Shown here: in pieces, positions 52,012-62,658 of the stretch
Numbering within the stretch: the stretch's first letter is position 1
Layout: every line of letters starts with the position of its first letter
DNA from: Malacoraja senta
Lineage: Eukaryota
DNA length: 64,000 nucleotides
Direction of reading: 5' to 3'
NCBI GenBank assembly: GCA_038087875.1
Contig: CM075993.1
Span: 8,620,001-8,684,000, forward strand
The notes under the pieces: generated by a model
What the model was told of the DNA's origin: nothing
Database searches by the model: none
The model's input: only the letters and a program-made list of their open reading frames with translations
Program-made: the position numbers and the translations under genes

Positions 52012-53038
52012 ATTTTTATTTTTTATTTCTATTTATTAGAAGTACATTACATTACAACCACATACATTAGTACTGAGTTAATACATTAGTACATACAAAA
52101 GAGTTAAGAAATAGACCCTAGAAAAGAAGGAGAAAGAGAAAGAGGAAAAAGAGAGAAACAAATATTTTTTATGAGCATTACGTAAATGGGACATACCAAC
52201 TCTTCAACTATCATCCCCCCTTACCTGACCTCAATTTTTTTTAAGGTACCTTTGCACCCTATATTTGTAACACATTTAGTTCTGGACCATCTTCCGTTAT
52301 TCCGAAGATAATCCATTCTGCTTTGGGTATCAGTCTTATTTTAAATAATTTTGTAAAGATTTTTGTACAGAAAACGAATGAGTGCGCTATAGTAGCTTCT
52401 TGGGATTGACATTTATCACAAATAGATGATACATTTGGGAAAATTTTATGAATTTTAGTTTTGGAATAATATAATCTATGTAAAATTTTAAATTGTATTA
52501 AAGTGTGTCTTACATTAATCGAACATTTATGCACGTTTAATAAGTGTTCATTCCAACTTTCCTTTGAAATTTTAATAGCTAACTCTTGTTCCCAGTCTCT
52601 TCTGATACCCTCCGTAGATGGTATTTGTACATTTAAGATAATATTATACAAATATGATATTAAGTTTGCTGATTCAGCTTTTATCTGCATTGCCTCATCC
52701 AATACATCTGCTGGGTTATTATAATGATCTTTTGTATATTTTTTCAAATAGTCGCATATTTGAAAATATTTAAAATATTGATTATTTCCGAGTTTATATT
52801 TTATTTGTAATTGTTGAAATGAAAGTAATTTTCCAGTTTCATACAAGTCACCGAGCGTTTTAATTCCTAGTCTATCCCAATGTGTAAAAGCTTTATCTAT
52901 AATAGAAGGATTAAACGAAGGGTTATTAACTATAGGTATTAAAAGTGATAACTTTTTTTAATTTTAAATTTTGTTTTATTTGTTTCCAAATTCGGATTGT
53001 ACTATGAATAATTGGGTTCTTATTATAATTTATAATAT
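52012..53038 (-). mobile_element. 5'-truncated L1-clade LINE nested in the ERV remnant
   Basis: ORF2 C-terminus (NPIIHSTIRIWKQ...QFKILHRLYYS...CDKCQSQEATIAHSFVFC), AATAAA and A-rich tail; 18-bp TSD with 2 mismatches (51994-52011, 53039-53056). Confidence 0.88.
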
Positions 53039-53819
53039 TATTGTTTCTATCAATTTTAAATTTATACACAGCACTCCAACTATAACTAATAACACCACCA
53101 CTGCAAATATTAATTGTGCTCCCATCTCGGCAAACCATTTCCTTTTTAGAGCTAAGTAGGACAGAGATAACTTATAACTTCCCCCATCCGGCCAATCTCC
53201 ATTTGATCAGTCAGCAAGATTACCACAAAATTTACCATACATTTGCCATCTCCATTCCTTGTTATTACCACATCTGCTGGCGATCCCGGTGGAACAAAGG
53301 GATCTCCTACCTTTTCCCGGTGTCTTATGGTCTTTTTTTTATCACCCTGGCAGTGTTCTCTCTTGGCTGCATCTTTCCCTCCTGGACCACCTGTTTCTTT
53401 TCCTCAGGCGTCCCTCTATCAGTAGGATCAGATTTCTCCGATCGACTACCATATTCTTTTCACAAGCCTGTAAAACAAAAGTTCGGTTTCCGCGGACAAT
53501 TTCTTATTATATTCTATTCGTAGTTTGCGCGCATCGGTTTTACTCCGTCCGCAAACCTCGAAGTCACCTTTCAAGTTCTATAACACGCTTTACGGCACCT
53601 GCGTCAATTTATCTTCTACGTCCAGCGTGAGTAAATTTATCTTCTCTGCTATTTCGCCTCACCCCACAGGCCTCTTGGCTCAGCGTGAGTCACCAGCCAG
53701 ATTACCCGGGGGCTCTCCCTTCTCTCTGGGAAACCCTCCTGTCCCTCTTTCGGTTAGGACTATTTTATCATTCCCTTTTATTTCCCATTTGTATTCATTC
53801 GAATCCCGTTACAATTGGG

Positions 53820-53837
53820 ATCCTGCCGACTACGCCA
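53820..53837 (-). promoter_or_regulatory. Retroviral primer-binding site, tRNA-Ser
   Basis: TGGCGTAGTCGGCAGGAT is complementary to the recalled vertebrate tRNA-Ser 3' end ATCCTGCCGACTACG-CCA, including the CCA. Confidence 0.85.
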
Positions 53838-54359
53838 AGTTCTGTGAAAGAAATTAATTTCTTCTGCAAAGTGATCACCCCACCTACGTTTGACTTCCCC
53901 AGTGTGTGGGGGACCACACTGATGAATCAAACAACCACCCCTGTTCCTCTCACCACAGATGCTGCCTGACAGCTGGGTGTTCCCTGTTTATATTTCAGAT
54001 TTCCTGCACTATTGAATTCCGTATGTACAGGTGGAATTCTCTGCCACAGATGGCAGTGGAGGCCAATTCACTGGATATATTCAAGAGAGAGTTAAATATA
54101 GCTCTTAGGCCTAATGGAATCAAGGGACATGGGGAGAAAGCAGGAACGGGGTGCTGATTTTGGATGATCAGCTGGCTCGAAGGGCCAAATGGCCTACTGC
54201 ACCTATTTTCGATGTTTCGATGTTTCTATTTCCTCTTTGTGTTTCCTGCATGTTCTGGGATCTAGTTCGAGGTGTCCTCTGGACCGAGACTTGAGCCCAC
54301 AGCCTGCAACCTGGTGCAGACGGCACAACCTGCCGCACCAAGGCTGCCAGTCAAGACTC

Positions 54360-54421
54360 ATTTTACTTCGGAGTCACGTGAGTGACTACGTGAAGAACCC
54401 CGCCAGTGCGCCTGCGCGTCA
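54360..54421 (+). repeat. DIRS left ITR
   Basis: Inverted match to 62659-62719; the inner 35 bp (tacgtgaagaaccccgccagtgcgcctgcgcgtca) are perfect and the outer part is imperfect. Confidence 0.93.
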
Positions 54422-54548
54422 TTTACGTCAGACGCCTTGACGCAAACGGACGTGAGGAGCAGTGCTCCTCGAGTGGTTTGTAGTTTTTCAACTACAAGGT
54501 AAGTAAAAACTTTTTTACAGGTTTTCCAGGTCCGTTTACTATGGGTCT

Positions 54549-55760
54549 ATGGCGATTTTTTCCACAGACGCCATGGGAAAAAACGGACAGGGGGAAGAGG
54601 CGAGCGACATAGCCGACAGAAGTCGGGAAAGTCGGGAGTCCGCGGTTAGAGACCAACCGCCTCTAAACCCCGGTACAGTCGCCAGCGGTGAGCATAGCGA
54701 CTGTGGACCTGGGGCTGGTGAAAACACAGTCAGCGCCTGTCGGGCAAAAGACAAAGTTTAAATCCCAACGGAGGGAGTCCCAGGCAATGAAGAAGCTCCA
54801 GGGCTAGATACTGCTTTAGAGCGTATTGCCCAAATAGAAAGCCTTTTACACAGGCTGTTGGAGCAAAGTTCACTCAGGGAGGAGTGTTCTGAAAGCCAAG
54901 CTGCTGGAAACAGTTCAAACAGCTCCTGGTACAGGGCTAGATACTGCTTTCGAGCGTATTGCCCAAATAGAAGCCTTTTTCATAGGTTGTTGGAGCAAAA
55001 GTTCACTCAGGAAGGAGTGTACTGTAATCCAAGCTGCAGGAGCAGCTTAACAGCACCTGGCTCAGGGCTGATGGAATGCACCCTCAGGAATGAGGAGCGT
55101 GCTACGGGTCATGAGATTTCAGACCCCGACTCTGACAGTGAGGCTGTACAAGGCGATGAAAGGCAGCTGCCAGATGTTCCACCCCTGGTAGTAGGATTCG
55201 CTGCCCCGTCAGGGTCAGGAGAGCCATTAGGAAGAACTGGCCTCCTTAATAAATTACTTGGTTTACCATTAGCTGGAACAGCATGAAATGGATGAGACTG
55301 CAAGAGTATCTGGAATCAGTTGCAGAGAATATTAAAGCTGCTGGGTTCTGGAATAACTGCTTTTACCAGAATAGCAGGTAACAACCAAAAGATGACGAAG
55401 TTGCATCAGCAAGCACTGGGGTTGCTATGCAGCACCCACTTCGAGAAGTGCTATACGGTCTACTATGAATCTGAAATTTGCAGCACTCTGCAAACCAAGT
55501 AATATACAAATTACCCAACTTACTCTTTGGAGAGATCTCGGGAGACGTATTAAAGAGTTGGAAGATGAAGCGAAAACAGGATTGATGAAGACATCAATGG
55601 TTGTGAAGTCTGTAAAGAGGAAGTATCCTTTCAGACGTCATACGGATCCTGGACCAAGTCGCTCATCAACGCAGGGGCGTAGTTGGCGGCCTGCAGCGGG
55701 AGCAAGAACCAGTGGGCGTGCTTCCGGGAGAACCCAGGAATCTCAGGGTACTCAAATGAC
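54549..55760 (+). pseudogene. DIRS ORF1 (gag-like), disrupted
   Basis: Broken frames upstream of RT; contains a tandem duplication of about 132 bp (54799, 54932, partial 55063). Assigned by position. Confidence 0.55.
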
Positions 55761-57673
55761 TCAAGAGGTAGGTGGTCCTGGTTCTCATGGGAACATACTA
55801 ACTGGATTAAGTCCAAAAGTTGGAGGCAGGTTACATTTCTTCTATAATAATTGGAAGAAAATTACTTCAGATGTGGTAATCCTGAATAATATACAAGGAT
55901 TTCGAATTGAATTCAATCCAAATTATGATTTGCCTGTTCAGCATGTTCCTAGCCGAACTCTGCACTTTGTACAAAAAGAAGTGATGGAGGTTCAGGTTGC
56001 AATTGAAACCCTATATAAAAAAGGGGTTATTGAAAAATCAGTCTACCAAAGTCACCAATTTGTGTCAAATATATTCCCTCGATCAAAAAAGGATGGAGGA
56101 TGTAGGATTCTTGTAGATTTGATAAATCTGAATCCTTTTGTGCAATTTAGACATTTTAAAATGGAAACATTTGTGACTGCCAAACAGCTTATTTCAGAAG
56201 CATGTTATATGGCAACTATAGACTTGAAAGATGCATATTCTTCAGTGTCTGTTCATTCAGAAGATAGGAAGTATCTTAAATTTAAATGGATGAACCAGTT
56301 GTGGCAGTTCAAAGCTCTGCCTAATGGGTTAATATCTGCACCCAGAATATTCACAAAATTGTTAAAACCAATTCTGGGCTTGCTGAGTAGCCAGGGGCAT
56401 GTACTAATGGCATATTTGGATGATGTCTTGATTATAGGAAAGACAAAACAGTCAACAGAAGTATCTGTTGCAGTTGTGAAATCAACTTTTGAAAATTTGG
56501 GGTTTCTAATTCATCCACAGAAATCTAGGTTAACACCATGTACCTCTATTAATTATTTGGGGTTCACAATTGATTCAGTCCAAATGAATATTACTTTGCC
56601 CAGGGAAAAGGGTGGATTTGATTAAAGATTGCAGTAATCTCCTAAACGAGCAAAAACCTTCAATTAGACAGGTGGCTCGTGTACTGGGAAAATTAGTAGC
56701 AGCATTCCCAGCAGTCCAATTCGGACCATTACATTATCAACAGCTGCAGAGACTTAAAGAACAGGCACCGAGAATGCATGTTGGTCATTTTGATAGAACC
56801 ATGCAACTAACAACAAATGCTGTTTCTGATCTGCAGTGGTGGATTCTACATGTCTCAAGCAGTTCCAGCAAAGTGCTGATTGAACAACCTTCCATGATAT
56901 TACAAACTGATGCCAGTGCACCAGGATGGGGTGCAACTGACTTAACATCTAGCTGAGGAGGCAGATGGAATCAGGAAGAGTCATTGTTACTGCAGACATG
57001 GGGAATTAACTATTTGGAGCTTCTAGGATGTTTCTATGGGCTCCAAGCTTATTGTTCTAACACAACTAATAAGCATGTTCAAGTTCAAATTGATAACACA
57101 ACAGTAGTTGTTTATATTAATGATATGGAATTAAGTCGGTGTCTTGTGACAAAATGGTTAATCAACTTTGGGCTTGGTGTATTGAAAAGAACATTTGGAT
57201 TTCAGCTATCTATCTACCAGGTAGAATGAACGATAGCAGACACCAGGTCACGAAAAGTTCCATGATAATAAAGAATGGATGTTGAATCAAGAGGTATTCA
57301 ATGATATAGTCATCAGATTTGGAATGACCGACATCGACTTGAATCATCAGCTATCGAGATATGTCTCATGGAAACCAGATCCAGGAGCAGTGGCGATTGA
57401 TGCTTTCTCGCTACATTGGGGTGGTATGTTTTCATATATATTTCCACCTTTCTGCCTCATAAGCCAATGTTTGCTTAAAATCAGGCAAGATGCTGCTTCA
57501 AGGGTATTGGTAGTACCAGATTGGCCTACACAGCCATGGTATCCGTTGATATTAGAATTAACAACACAAATGTTGATGAAAGTCCCAAAAAAGAGTAATT
57601 TATTGCTGCACCCTGTACAGGGGAACAACATCCATTATATGATCGTTTGGATTTGTTGATTTGCAGGTTTTAA
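55755..57673 (+). pseudogene. DIRS RT / RNase H / methyltransferase-like ORF, disrupted
   Basis: VGGRL..F...W, HFKME, IDLKDAY, LPNGL.SAPR.FTK, YLDD; TDASAPGWGA, INYLEL, DNTT; DAF...W..., FPPF, VVPDWPTQPWYP. Frameshifts near 56615 and 57130, stop at 56954. Confidence 0.93.
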
Positions 57674-57675
57674 GA

Positions 57676-57922
57676 ATGCCTTTTCTGGGACGAGGACTGT
57701 CTGAGCATACTGTGGACATGCTTACGGCAGCCTGGAGGAAGAGCACTCAAAAACAGTACCTTTCTTATATTAAGAAATGGGAAGAGTTCTGGGTACAAAA
57801 GAATGTGCAATAAAGTACTGCAGATATTTCAAATGTTTAGAATTTCTGTCAAAACTTTATTATGATGAAGGTCTGAGTTGTAGTGCAATTAATTCAGCCA
57901 GAAGTGCATTGCCCTCATATTT
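57676..57922 (+). pseudogene. DIRS tyrosine recombinase, N-terminal part
   Basis: MPFLGRGLSEHTVDMLTAAWRKSTQKQYLSYIKKWEEF...EFLSKLYYDEGLSCSAINSARSALPSY, ending at the L1 TSD. Confidence 0.85.
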
Positions 57923-60900
57923 TTTTTTTTTTTTTTTTTAATATTTTTTTATTGGAGATGCGTACACAACCTAGTTACATCATTACAGTCTTACATTATT
58001 AAATTGATAATATTGTTAAATATTACCAATACCTTTTGCTTTTTTTTTTTTTAAAGCTAAATAGAACTAAAGAGAAAGGTGAAGTAAAGAAAGAGAAAAA
58101 AGAGAAGAAAAATAAAAAAATAAATAAAAATTAAACAAAAAAACAAAACAAAAACAAAAAACAAAAACAAAAAAAATGAAAAAAAAGATAGTTAAAGAAG
58201 AATGGAAAAATTTATTGAAATAGAAAACTTCATTCGAGATATATTCGTACATTTCTAGATATAGCGTTTCATCCATTCTTTAGCCCGGGTGCTAGTCAGG
58301 TTCCTGTGCTGAACTGTTCTGGCCCTTTAGGTAGTCAATAAAAGGAGACCATGTTCCAACGAATAATTCCTGTTTATCCAACAGGGAGAGTCTGATTCTT
58401 TCCACATTTAAGGTCTCCGTCATTTCTATAATCCACATTTTAATTGTGGGGGTCGTAGGGCCTTTCCAAAATTTTAGAATTAATTTTTTTCCTGTTATTA
58501 AACTATAATCAATAAAGTTTCTTTGTGTTATTCTAAATGTTTGATTTAATTCTAATATTCCAAGTATTATTAATTTTGGATCTGGGTCCAATTTTGTGCT
58601 GGTTACTTTAGATATTATACTGAAAATATTTACCCAGAATTGTTTAATTTTTATACAGTTTGCAAACATATGAGATAAGGTAGCTTCTAAATGTTGACAT
58701 TTATCACATATAGGTGAGATATGTTGAAAAATTTTATGTAGTTTTGTTTTGGAATAATGTAACCTATGTATTACTTTGAATTGTATTAGAGAATGTCTAG
58801 CATTTAATGAACATTGATGTATGTGTTGCAAACTTTCTTCCCAAGTATCTTTCGTTATTATTTGATTTAATTCTTTTTCCCATGTTTGTCTATGTAAGTC
58901 CGTCGATGGAATGTCACTGTCTAATAAGATATTATATATGTAAGATATTAATTTTTCTGTATGAGGATGTTTGTTCCAACATTCATCAAGAATTTCTGAA
59001 TTTCTAATTTGAAAATTTTGAGTATTTGATTTTACATAATCTCTAAGTTGAAGATATCTGAAGTAATCATTTCCTCGAAGTCCGTAAGTCTGTTGCAACT
59101 CCTGAAATGTCAGAAAAGTGCCTTCCTTGTAAAGTTGTCCCATATTTTTAATTCCATAATTCTTCCATTGTGTAAAACCCCCGTCCAACCATGAAGGCTT
59201 AAACAAAGGGTTATTCACAATTGGAAGAAAAAGTGATAAATTATCTAATTTTAATGTCTTTTTTAATTGTTTCCAAATTCGTATAGCACTAAATATTATA
59301 GGGTTTTCCCTATAATTTTTTTTGTTTAATTTAGACGTAGCAAATAAAATCGAACCGATATCAAAAGGTAAACAATCTTCCTTTTCCATTTTTAACCAGT
59401 CTGGCTGATGATCTATTTCTTCCAACCAGAAATTCATATTTTTAATATTAACTGCCCAAAAATAAAACAAAAAGTTGGGTAAAACCAAGCCTCCATTCAT
59501 TTTTGATTTACACAAATGTCTTTTGTTTATCCTATGATTCTTATAATCCCAGATGAAATCATTAACAATAGAATCCAGTTTTTTAAAAAAGGTTTTTGCC
59601 AGATATATCGGAATTGTCTGAAAAAGGTATAATATTTGCGGTAAAAAAATCATTTTTATGGCATTAATTTTGCCTACCATTGAGATAGGAAGTGTTTTCC
59701 AGTATTGAATATTCTTATGTAGTTTATTTAGTAATGGTGGAAAATTTGCTTTAAATAATGATGTATATTTCTTAGTTATATAAATACCTAGATATTTAAA
59801 TTTTTCCTTTACTATTTTAAATGGAAATTGTTGTATTATCTGTTTGTTATGTTCCCTTATTGGCATAATTTCACTTTTATTCCAATTTATTCTGTATCCT
59901 GAAAGTGAACCAAATTGGGTTATTAGCTTTAATAAGTTTGGAATACTAATTTCTGGTTTTGTAATGTAAATTAATACATCATCTGCGTATAAAGAAATTT
60001 TATTCACTGTATCCTTTGTGTTATATCCGTGTATTTCCGGATGCCCCCTGACTCTTTCTGCAAGTGGCTCAATAGCAAGCGCAAATAATAATGGAGATAA
60101 CGGGCATCCTTGTCTACAACCTCTAGATAGACTAAATTTAGATGACAACCTTTGGTTTGTAAATATTCTAGCCGTGGGATTTGTATATAACAGTTTTATC
60201 CATGTACAGAATTTCTCCCCTAACTGCATATTTTCCATCACCGAAAATAAATAAGACCATTCGACCTGATCAAATGCTTTTTCAGCGTCAAGTGAGATTA
60301 TTGCTAGATCTTCCTTAATATTTCTCTTGGAATATATAATATTAAATAATCTTCTTAGATTATAATATGAGTACCGCTTCTGAATAAAGCCTGTTTGGTC
60401 AGGGTGTATTAATTTATTCATCACTGTACTTAATCTATTCGCTAGTATTTTAGTTAATATTTTCTGATCTGTATTTAAAAGTGCGATTGCTCTATATGAT
60501 CCCGGGTCTTCCGGATCTTTATCAGCTTTAGGAATAAGTGTTATTATAGATTCATTTAAAGTGTCTGGAAGTTTCTGTTGAGTATAGATATACTCATACA
60601 ATCTTTGTAAACGTGGGCAAAGCAAGTCATGAAATTTTTTATAAAATTCGGAGCCTAAACCATCTGGTCCTACTGCTTTACCATTTTTTAAAGAGCCGAT
60701 AGACTCCTCAATATCTTTTATGGTAATCTCCTTTTCTAATAATTCTCTATCGTTTGAATCTAAACCTTTTAAATTACATTTTAGTAAAAAATCTGCTATT
60801 TCTTCTGATTGTCCTACGGTTTTAGTTGAATAAAGGTTATGATAGTATTGGAGAAATCTATCATTTATGTCCTTAGGCATTTTTAATAATTCTCCTGTCT

Positions 60901-61522
60901 CTGTTCTAATTTTATGAATTATTTTTTCCCCTTCCATTTTTCGTAACTGACGTGATAATAGTTTTTGTGGTTTGTCTCCAAATTCAAAATGTAATTGTTT
61001 GGTTTTTTGATAAAGTTTTATTACTTGTTCTGAATACATTTTATTTAATTTATATTTTAATACAGCAATTTTATTATGTTTTAAAATAGATGGCATTCTC
61101 GCATTTTCTATATCTAGTTGCTTGATTTCACTTTCCAATGTTTGTTGTTTAATCCTGTTCTCTTTATTATAAAATGCTTGAGCGGAAATTAATGTACCAC
61201 GAACATACGCTTTAAACGTTTCCCACATAAGAGAAGTAGGTGTGTCAGGGTTGTCATTTACCTCAAAAAATATTTGAATCTGTTTAATAATATATTCCTG
61301 GCATGATCTTTCGTTCAAAATTTGTGGGTTGAATCTCCAATATGTTTGTTTCTCGGACATTCCATTTAATTTAATCATGAATGTTACAGGTGCGTGATCT
61401 GAGATTATAATGTTATGATATTTTGAATTATAAATAAATGGGATAAACCTAGAGTCAACCAAAAAATAATCTATTCTTGAGTATGTTTTATGTACTGGTG
61501 AGTAAAATGAGTATTCCCGTCT
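57923..61522 (-). mobile_element. Young 5'-truncated L1-clade LINE (3.6 kb) inserted antisense in the DIRS recombinase gene
   Basis: Poly-A tail with AATAAA; exact 15-bp TSD attgccctcatattt (57908-57922, 61523-61537). Confidence 0.96.
58292..61522 (-). CDS. L1 ORF2 (endonuclease C-terminal part, RT, CCHC domain), uninterrupted but N-truncated
   Basis: SRIDYFL and ISDH (APE); KAVGPDG, YRAIALLN, LDAEKAFD, RQGCPLSP, YADD, KYLG; CDKC...HMFANC. Confidence 0.93.
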   Translation of the reverse strand, partial: RREYSFYSPVHKTYSRIDYFLVDSRFIPFIYNSKYHNIIISDHAPVTFMIKLNGMSEKQTYWRFNPQILNERSCQEYIIKQIQIFFEVNDNPDTPTSLMWETFKAYVRGTLISAQAFYNKENRIKQQTLESEIKQLDIENARMPSILKHNKIAVLKYKLNKMYSEQVIKLYQKTKQLHFEFGDKPQKLLSRQLRKMEGEKIIHKIRTETGELLKMPKDINDRFLQYYHNLYSTKTVGQSEEIADFLLKCNLKGLDSNDRELLEKEITIKDIEESIGSLKNGKAVGPDGLGSEFYKKFHDLLCPRLQRLYEYIYTQQKLPDTLNESIITLIPKADKDPEDPGSYRAIALLNTDQKILTKILANRLSTVMNKLIHPDQTGFIQKRYSYYNLRRLFNIIYSKRNIKEDLAIISLDAEKAFDQVEWSYLFSVMENMQLGEKFCTWIKLLYTNPTARIFTNQRLSSKFSLSRGCRQGCPLSPLLFALAIEPLAERVRGHPEIHGYNTKDTVNKISLYADDVLIYITKPEISIPNLLKLITQFGSLSGYRINWNKSEIMPIREHNKQIIQQFPFKIVKEKFKYLGIYITKKYTSLFKANFPPLLNKLHKNIQYWKTLPISMVGKINAIKMIFLPQILYLFQTIPIYLAKTFFKKLDSIVNDFIWDYKNHRINKRHLCKSKMNGGLVLPNFLFYFWAVNIKNMNFWLEEIDHQPDWLKMEKEDCLPFDIGSILFATSKLNKKNYRENPIIFSAIRIWKQLKKTLKLDNLSLFLPIVNNPLFKPSWLDGGFTQWKNYGIKNMGQLYKEGTFLTFQELQQTYGLRGNDYFRYLQLRDYVKSNTQNFQIRNSEILDECWNKHPHTEKLISYIYNILLDSDIPSTDLHRQTWEKELNQIITKDTWEESLQHIHQCSLNARHSLIQFKVIHRLHYSKTKLHKIFQHISPICDKCQHLEATLSHMFANCIKIKQFWVNIFSIISKVTSTKLDPDPKLIILGILELNQTFRITQRNFIDYSLITGKKLILKFWKGPTTPTIKMWIIEMTETLNVERIRLSLLDKQELFVGTWSPFIDYLKGQNSSAQEPD

Positions 61523-62253
61523 ATTGCCCTCATATTTGGTTCTGGATTCAGAAAGAAACTCAATTGGGTCACACCCAATTGTTTCCAGACTAATGAAAGG
61601 AATCTTTAATTCCAAACCACCGAAACCTAGGTACGTGACAATCTGGGATGTAAGTGTGGTACTGAAACTACTTCATGATGTTCATCAAGTGTGTCTTTAC
61701 CTTTGGTCAAGCTCAGTATGGAAGTATTCATGTTTATGGCATGAGTGACAGCACAACGAGTGCAAACACTTGGAAAATTACATATAGACAGTATGGAAGT
61801 AACTGAAGACAAGGTTACATTCTATATCTATGACCTACTAAAGCAAATTAGGCCAGGTGTGACAGGATTTAAAATTATGCTGGCAGCATATCCAAATGAT
61901 CCATGTCTCTGTATTAAGACATATTTATTACAATACATTGAGGTCACAAAGAATTTGAGAATACGGAAACTGGGTTTTTGATCACACACAAGAAACCACA
62001 CAAGAGAGTTTCAATACAGACTATTTCCAGATGGATAAAAGAAGTCTTAACAGCTGCTGGTATTAACACTTATGTTTTTACGTCTCACTCGACTAGGGCA
62101 GCAGAAATGTCGGCGGCCAGGGCAAAAGACGGCCCCGTCGACCATATCCTCGCAGCCGCCGGGTGGTCCAATGAGTTGATGTTTCAACATTTTTACCATC
62201 GGCCTATTGTTAATGCGGGGTTGTTTGCAGAAACTATTTTAAGTTCTGTGTAA
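61523..62253 (+). pseudogene. DIRS tyrosine recombinase, catalytic part
   Basis: HPIVSRLMKGIFN.KPPKPRY...WDV, AQRV (R), TISRWIK, HSTR (HxxR), AGWS (W), FY (Y); contains frameshifts. Confidence 0.92.
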
Positions 62254-62421
62254 ATTCCTCTGGTTTAAAGGGGATCTGATTCATTTCATTCTTGAAATGA
62301 ATTACTGCATTTGTGGTACAAATGTTATTATGAATGCATGATTGATTATTCTCGTTCCGAGTCAATCTATGCAGTGAGAAGCCGGGATTGATCCACGGCA
62401 TGAAATCACAAAGCTTTAAAA

Positions 62422-62535
62422 TCTTCACGTAGTCACTCACGTGACTCCGAAGTAAAATAGTAAGATTAAACGAGAACTTACCTAAGTTTGAAGTTTGATC
62501 TTTATTTTATGAGGAGTTACGTAGGTGATTACGTG
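62422..62535. repeat. DIRS internal complementary region (ICR)
   Basis: 62422-62458 is the exact reverse complement of 54360-54396; 62459-62535 is the exact reverse complement of 62688-62764. Confidence 0.95.
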
Positions 62536-62658
62536 CCCACCACGACCCTACCCTCTATCATAAAGGTCAGATGGAAGTTCTTGTCTTACTCGTTTTAGTA
62601 TGAGACTATATTACTTCGGTTGTTGTTTTTTGTGATTTCACACCGCTGCTTTGAAGAT

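Larger units (their letters stand above)
51943..53935 (-). mobile_element. Internally deleted endogenous retrovirus remnant (U5, PBS-Ser, leader, gag start, env-like TM anchor), split by an L1
   Basis: 18-nt PBS just after ...tttcaCA; a degenerate matrix-like peptide (PPGSPAD...YGKFCGNLAD*SNGDWPDGGSY) runs into WFAEMGAQLIFAVVVLLVIVGVLCINLKLIETI|RKWWGW*. Confidence 0.7.

Noticed and set aside
51412..52070. His/Thr- and Lys/Arg/Glu-rich ORFs
   Set aside because: These are translations of microsatellite sequence; the irregular A runs may include sequencing error.
52012..53935. ERV-L1 template-switch chimera
   Set aside because: A degenerate 18-bp TSD flanks the L1 alone, and the ERV frame continues beyond the A-tail, so it is a nested insertion.
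58292..61615. 1107-aa ORF as a complete gene
   Set aside because: Its first 31 codons are DIRS antisense and TSD sequence with a TTG start; the real L1 ORF2 begins at the truncation point 61522 and lacks most of the endonuclease.
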